Below are positions 59,528 to 64,000 of a DNA stretch of 64,000 bases, piece after piece (position 1 is the stretch's first letter; each line of letters begins with the position of its first letter). Under the pieces are notes generated by a model. The model was given only the letters and a program-made list of their open reading frames with translations. It was not told where the DNA came from and did no database searches. The position numbers and the translations under genes were made by a program. The DNA comes from Vicinamibacteria bacterium. Its GTDB lineage: Bacteria > Acidobacteriota > Vicinamibacteria > Fen-336. Location of the stretch: contig JAMPXO010000009.1 of assembly GCA_023701125.1 (NCBI GenBank), positions 5,264 through 69,263 on the forward strand, written 5' to 3'.

Positions 59528-59556
59528 CCGAGCGTTCCGGCCACCGGGCCAGAAGC

Positions 59557-59585
59557 GCGAGGGGAGGCGCCGGCCCTCCCCTCGC
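59557..59585. terminator. GC-rich hairpin between convergent genes (11-bp stem, 7-nt loop)
   Basis: GCGAGGGGAGG-cgccggc-CCTCCCCTCGC. No T-tract, as is usual for high-GC genomes. Confidence 0.4.
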
Positions 59586-59608
59586 TCACGTCGCTCGCGA
59601 CGAGCCGA

Positions 59609-60973
59609 CTACTGGACGGCGCGCCCCGCGTTCACGAAGCCCTTGCCGTAGACGGGGTCGGTCCCCTTCTTGCCCTCGTCGTCCGCGCTCTGCGCGAGCT
59701 TCGCCTTCAGCTCGCCGAGCGAGATGCCGGGGTTCTTCTGCTTGATCAGCGCCGCCACGGCCGAAGCGGCCGGGGCCGCCATGCTGGTGCCAGCCGTCCA
59801 GGTGTACGAGCTGATGCTGGCGCCCGAGCCGCGGCTCGTGCTGATCACCATGTCGAACGCCCAGCAGGGGATCGTCGCGCTGCCCGATCCGGTCGAGAAC
59901 GGCAGGGTGCAGCCGGCGTTGCCCGGCAGGGCGAAGTCGCCGCCGGGCGCCGCCACGTGGATCACCGAGGTGCCGATGTTCGTGTAGGAGGCCTGGCGCC
60001 GGAAGTTCGTCGCGCCGAGGGCGAACCCGACCGGTCCGGTCGACGAGACCGCGATGCCGCTGCCCGACTCGGCCGGCACGGAGATCAGCGACGCCGACTG
60101 GTCGAGATCGAGCCCGTCGTTGCCCGCCGCCGAGACGACCAGCACGCCGTGACGGTCGGCGTAGTTCACCGCCTTGGCCATCGCCGCGACCAGCGGACCG
60201 GCGCCCGTGTTGCCGCCGCCCCGCGGGAAGACCGCACCCAGGCTCATGTTGATGATGTCCGCTCCACCGCCGCCCTCGGCCAGCGGCGTGGCCGCGTAGA
60301 GGATGCCGGCGATCACCCAGCCGAAGCTGCCGGAGCCGCTGTGCAGGACCTTGACGCCGACGAGCGTCGCGTCGGGCGCGATGCCGACCGAGCCGATGCT
60401 GTTGTTGGCCGCCGCCACGATGCCCGCGACGTGGGTGCCGTGCCACAGCGTCCCGGTGTCCTGGTTGAAGGCGAAGCCCGGCACGAACGAGCGCGACGCC
60501 GCGACGTCGAGATTGGTCCGCAGGTCGATGTGGGTCGAGTGGATGCCGCCGTCGACGATCGCGACGCGCACGCCGCGGCCCGTGTAGCCGGCATCCCAGG
60601 CCGCCGGCGCGTCGACCGCCTGCGGCGCCCACTGGATGTAGCGGTAGTAGTGGTCGTTCGGGGTGACGGCCAGTTCTTCGAGCGCCACCGTCTGCGTCGG
60701 CTTCTGCCACTCGACGACCATGTCCTCGTCCACCGACGAGAACGCCCCGCTCGCCCTCAGGCGTGCGGCGAAGTCGTCCGCCTCGGACGAGACGACGGCG
60801 AGGCCGGCGCCGTCATGCGAAAAATCGACGCTGCCGCCGGCCGCGGCCACGGCCGCCGCCTGATCCTGCCCCCAGTGGGGCGCGTTCACGACATAAGTCC
60901 GAGGCGTGGCCTGGGCCGACACGGCGCCGACGGCCACCACGACTGAGAAAACGAGCGTTCTGCGGAGGTCCAA
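59609..60973 (-). CDS. secreted S8-family subtilisin-like serine protease
   Basis: Signal peptide. D/H/S triad regions (VAIVDGG, HGTHVAGIVAA, GTSMAAP). Confidence 0.85.
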   Translation of the reverse strand: MDLRRTLVFSVVVAVGAVSAQATPRTYVVNAPHWGQDQAAAVAAAGGSVDFSHDGAGLAVVSSEADDFAARLRASGAFSSVDEDMVVEWQKPTQTVALEELAVTPNDHYYRYIQWAPQAVDAPAAWDAGYTGRGVRVAIVDGGIHSTHIDLRTNLDVAASRSFVPGFAFNQDTGTLWHGTHVAGIVAAANNSIGSVGIAPDATLVGVKVLHSGSGSFGWVIAGILYAATPLAEGGGGADIINMSLGAVFPRGGGNTGAGPLVAAMAKAVNYADRHGVLVVSAAGNDGLDLDQSASLISVPAESGSGIAVSSTGPVGFALGATNFRRQASYTNIGTSVIHVAAPGGDFALPGNAGCTLPFSTGSGSATIPCWAFDMVISTSRGSGASISSYTWTAGTSMAAPAASAVAALIKQKNPGISLGELKAKLAQSADDEGKKGTDPVYGKGFVNAGRAVQ

Positions 60974-61121
60974 GCTGGGGTACTCCTCTGAGCTTGCGAC
61001 TCGGGTCTCGCCACCGGCCGAGAAGGCCTTGGCATACAGGGGGTTGGACGGAAGGTTCGTACCATGGGCCGAGCGCCGCAGTCAAGGACTTTGGGACGGG
61101 GTCGACGCGCCCGCCGAGGTT

Positions 61122-61697
61122 CTAGGCCAGCGTCCCCAGCCACCAGGCGTGGAGATCGTCGGCGCCGGTGATCTCCGGGTGGAAGGTCGCGGCGACCACA
61201 CGGCCCTCGCGGACGAGGACCGGGGCGTCGGCGTGGGCGGCGAGCACCTCCACGCCGGCGCCCAGTTGCACGAAGCGCGGCGCGCGGATGAACGCCACGC
61301 CCAGCGGGGCGGCCAGCACGCTGACCGCGAGGTCCGTCTCGAACGAGTCGACCTGGCGGCCGTACGCGTTGCGTTCGATCGTGGCGTCGAGCAGGGCCAG
61401 GCTCTCCTGCGCGGGGTGGCGCACCTCGCGCGAGAGCAGGATCGCGCCAGCGCACGTGCCGAACAGGCTCGCGCCGCGGGCATGGAACGCGCGCAGCGCC
61501 TCGAACCACGGCTCGTCGCGCATCAGGTTGAGCAGCGTGCTGCTCTCGCCGCCCGGGATGACCAGCCCCGCGAGGCCGTCGAGCTGCGCCACGCGGCGGA
61601 TCTCGAGGGGCGCGGCGCCGCAGCGCGCCAGCGCCTTCGCGTGCGCGTCGTAGTCGCCCTGCAGGGCCAGGACGCCGACGGGTGGCATTGCGCTCAT
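61122..61697 (-). CDS. pdxT: pyridoxal 5'-phosphate synthase glutaminase subunit PdxT
   Basis: VGVLALQGD, GTCAG catalytic Cys. Start 61697 gives an ATGA overlap with the PhzF stop. ATG 61688 is the alternative. Confidence 0.85.
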   Translation of the reverse strand: MSAMPPVGVLALQGDYDAHAKALARCGAAPLEIRRVAQLDGLAGLVIPGGESSTLLNLMRDEPWFEALRAFHARGASLFGTCAGAILLSREVRHPAQESLALLDATIERNAYGRQVDSFETDLAVSVLAAPLGVAFIRAPRFVQLGAGVEVLAAHADAPVLVREGRVVAATFHPEITGADDLHAWWLGTLA

Positions 61698-62599
61698 TCC
61701 GGACATTCCATCTCGCCGGAGGACACGCGCACCGCGGTGCCGCCGACTCGGGTCGCCACCACTTCCCCGCCATGCTTGACGGCCTCGATCTCGAGCCGCG
61801 ACGGGCGGCCCATCTCGGTCCCCTGCAGCAGGGTCCAGGCCAGCACGCCGTCGGGCCGCGGGTCGAGGGCGCCGAGCAGGCCCGCGAACGCGACCGCCGC
61901 CGCGCCCGTCGCCGGGTCCTCCGGGATGCCGATCCCGGGCCCGAACATCCGCACCCGCAGCGGCTGCGAAGAATCCGGATCGCCCGCGACGACGTACACC
62001 TGCGGCGACCACTCGGCGGCCAGCGTGCGCTGCCACTCGGCCATCTGCAGCCGCGCGCGGCCGAGGGCGTCGACGTCGCGCAGCGGGACCACCAGGAAGC
62101 GCCCGCCCGCCGAGATGAACGTGGGGCCGAGCGTCGGGTGGTCGAGATCGTCGTCGCTCAGCCCGAGCATCGCGGCCAGCGCGGGCACGCGCGGTGGCCG
62201 CGGGCCGAGCTCGGTCGCCCGCGCCTCGAGTTGCGCGAACTGCAGCACGCCTCCACTGCCGCGCAGGCGGACCTTGATCGGCCCCACTCCTTCTTCGAAC
62301 ACGATTTCGGCTTGGGGGTCGGGCGTCGGCACCAGGCCGAGCGCCGCCAGCAGGAACGCGGTGCCGATCGTCGGGTGGCCCGCGAACGGCAGCTCCGCGC
62401 CAGGCGTGAAGATGCGCAGCTTCGCCAGCCCGCCCTGCTCCGGCGGACGCACGAACACGGTCTCCGACAGGTTCAACTCGCGGGCGATCGTCTGCATCTG
62501 CGCGTCGGACAGCGCCGGTGCGTCCGGAAAAACCGCGAGCGGGTTGCCGGTGAAGGGCTTGTCGGTGAAGACGTCGAGCGTGTGGAAGGCGAGCTTCAT
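61694..62599 (-). CDS. PhzF-family (phenazine-biosynthesis-like) isomerase
   Basis: MKLAFHTLDVFTDKPFTGNPLAVF..., two-domain DAP-epimerase-like architecture. Confidence 0.8.
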   Translation of the reverse strand: MKLAFHTLDVFTDKPFTGNPLAVFPDAPALSDAQMQTIARELNLSETVFVRPPEQGGLAKLRIFTPGAELPFAGHPTIGTAFLLAALGLVPTPDPQAEIVFEEGVGPIKVRLRGSGGVLQFAQLEARATELGPRPPRVPALAAMLGLSDDDLDHPTLGPTFISAGGRFLVVPLRDVDALGRARLQMAEWQRTLAAEWSPQVYVVAGDPDSSQPLRVRMFGPGIGIPEDPATGAAAVAFAGLLGALDPRPDGVLAWTLLQGTEMGRPSRLEIEAVKHGGEVVATRVGGTAVRVSSGEMECPE

Positions 62600-62612
62600 C
62601 TCGGATCGGGGG

Positions 62613-63266
62613 TCAGAGGATCGCGAACGCGCGCACCGTGAACGTGCCGAGGCCGCGGATCGGCGGCGGCACGGCGAAGAAGCGGAAACCGCTGGCCGGC
62701 AGTTGGTCGAGGCCGGTCAGGTGCTCGCAGACCGGGATGCCCGCGGCGAGCAGGTGCGTGTGGGCGGGCCGGCGCAGGTCGGCGGTGTCGTCGATGTTGA
62801 AGGAGTCGATGCCGACCAGCGCGGCTCCGGCCGCGACCAGCGCCTGCGCCGCGTCCTCGGCGACAAAGGGGTGGCCCTCGGCGTAGGCGTCGGTCGCGAA
62901 GTGGCGCGACCAGCCGGTGCGGAACAGCACGGCGCAGCCGCGCAGGTCGCGACCGGTCACGGCCGCGGCGGTGATCGCGCGAGCGTCGATGCCGGCGTCG
63001 ACCACCACGCCCGGCAGGTCGGCGACGCTCGCCAGCGGCAGCGCCGACACATCGGGCCGGCCCTCGAAGCGATGCGCCGGCGCGTCCACGTAGGTGCCCG
63101 TGTTGGCGATCATGTCGATGCGGCCGATGTGGAACGTCGTCCCGGGGGCGTAGCGCCCCGACGCGTCGGCGTAACCGAGGTACTCGGAGAGCCGCGGCGC
63201 GGGCAGGCCCTTGTAGGTGACGAGGCCGTCGTGGACGACGTGCGACAGGTCGACGAGCCGGCTCAC
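62613..63266 (-). CDS. cyclase-family protein (kynurenine-formamidase-like, PF04199-type)
   Basis: GTG start overlaps the pdxS stop. Motif region [13 protein letters not shown] resembles HxGTHxDxPxH but with two His positions substituted. Confidence 0.7.
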   Translation of the reverse strand: MSRLVDLSHVVHDGLVTYKGLPAPRLSEYLGYADASGRYAPGTTFHIGRIDMIANTGTYVDAPAHRFEGRPDVSALPLASVADLPGVVVDAGIDARAITAAAVTGRDLRGCAVLFRTGWSRHFATDAYAEGHPFVAEDAAQALVAAGAALVGIDSFNIDDTADLRRPAHTHLLAAGIPVCEHLTGLDQLPASGFRFFAVPPPIRGLGTFTVRAFAIL

Positions 63267-64000
63267 CAGCCCCGGCCCTGGAGCCGCTCGGCCTCGGGGA
63301 TCGTGCTGATCTCGATGCCCTTCATCGGGTCGCCCAGGCCCTTCGAGACCTCGAGCACGATCTTCGCGTCCTGCCAGTGGGTGGTGGCGCGCACGATCGC
63401 CTTGGCCACCAGCGCGGGGTTCTGCGACTTGAAGATGCCCGAGCCGACGAAGTTGGCCTCGGCGCCCAGCGCGCGCATCAGCGCGGCGTCGGCCGGGGTG
63501 GCGATGCCGCCCGCCGAGAAGTTCGGCACCGGCAGCTTGCCGTCGCGGGCGACCATCCGCACCAGCTCGTACGGCGCGCCTAGGTTCTTGGCCTCGGCCA
63601 TCAGCTCCTCGGGACCGAGGATGGTCAGCCGCCGGATGCCGCCCATCAGCGCGCGCATGTGGCGCACGGCCTCGACCACGTTGCCGGTGCCCGCCTCGCC
63701 CTTGGTGCGGATCATCGCGGCGCCTTCGCCGATCCGGCGCAGCGCCTCGCCCAGGTTGCGGCAGCCGCACACGAACGGGACCGTGAAGGCGTGCTTGTCG
63801 ACGTGGAACTCCTCGTCGGCCGGGGTCAGCACCTCGGACTCGTCGATGTAGTCGACGCCCATCGCCTCCAGCACCCGGGCCTCGGTGAAGTGGCCGATCC
63901 GGCACTTCGCCATCACCGGGATGGAGACGGTCTCCATGATCTGCTCGATGATCCGCGGGTCGGTCATGCGGGCGACGCCGCCGTCCCTGCGGATGTCGGA
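63263..64000 (-). CDS. pdxS: pyridoxal 5'-phosphate synthase lyase subunit PdxS (partial, N-terminus beyond window)
   Basis: [28 protein letters not shown], and a C-terminus typical of PdxS. The true start lies past 64000 (the track's M at 63967 is internal). Confidence 0.85.
   Translation of the reverse strand, partial: SDIRRDGGVARMTDPRIIEQIMETVSIPVMAKCRIGHFTEARVLEAMGVDYIDESEVLTPADEEFHVDKHAFTVPFVCGCRNLGEALRRIGEGAAMIRTKGEAGTGNVVEAVRHMRALMGGIRRLTILGPEELMAEAKNLGAPYELVRMVARDGKLPVPNFSAGGIATPADAALMRALGAEANFVGSGIFKSQNPALVAKAIVRATTHWQDAKIVLEVSKGLGDPMKGIEISTIPEAERLQGRGW

Overview
This is a 64 kb window of a very GC-rich (about 72%) bacterial chromosome, densely packed with protein-coding genes on both strands. 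I saw no rRNA or tRNA genes, no CRISPR array, and no transposase or integrase. ORFs that run off the window edges are absent from the supplied track; two such partial genes were recovered by hand (a TonB-dependent receptor at the 5' edge and pdxS at the 3' edge). Most long ORFs in the track are antisense artefacts of the GC bias. The real genes were identified from protein sequence features, with start codons re-derived from the sequence.

Gene content, start to end:
- a TonB-dependent receptor (partial), a small secreted protein and an HxlR regulator
- an amidohydrolase (8-oxoguanine-deaminase-like) and an enoyl-CoA hydratase
- two convergent zinc-ribbon proteins and a glutaredoxin-like protein
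- a SulP transporter
- an adenosine deaminase, M28 peptidase and Thr/Ser dehydratase operon
- a HEPN/MNT toxin-antitoxin pair
- a translationally coupled 5-oxoproline cluster, pxpB-pxpC-pxpA-DUF969-DUF979-pcp
- a DUF4339-DUF805 fusion protein
- two SPFH proteins, a ZIP transporter, PPK2 and a PAS-GGDEF cyclase
- an operon of RidA, an SDR and two GT-C-like membrane proteins
- a small Cys-rich secreted peptide and a beta-lactamase-like hydrolase
- VapBC, CstA and a REC-REC-DUF4388 regulator
- a Cho-like UvrC homolog, greA and trmH
- a clpS-clpA-histidine kinase-sigma54 regulator operon
- ArsR plus an SRPBCC protein
- a cupin, GT2 and GT39 glycosylation module
- DUF72, asnB and a stand-alone AsnC RAM domain
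- PadR plus an ADOP-type permease
- a DinB-like protein, a Ser/Thr kinase and an S8 protease
- a pdxT-PhzF-cyclase-pdxS operon

Four observations stand out:
1. A previously unannotated family of 81-85 bp structured intergenic repeats (REP/MITE-like) occurs at six loci. It often sits in tandem pairs, exactly fills convergent intergenic gaps, and even donates the C-terminal tail and stop codon of the amidohydrolase gene.
2. An orphan DUF2282/bufferin-like Cys-rich peptide gene has a repeat array immediately downstream.
3. Adjacent genes overlap by 4 nt (GTGA/ATGA) at an extraordinary rate.
4. There are AT-rich sigma70-like promoter islands with apparent leaderless GTG/ATG starts.

Taxonomic guess: Acidobacteriota-like, from the ADOP permease with PadR and the CarbopepD_reg TonB receptor, although the DUF4388 regulator is more myxobacterial. 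This is unresolved.
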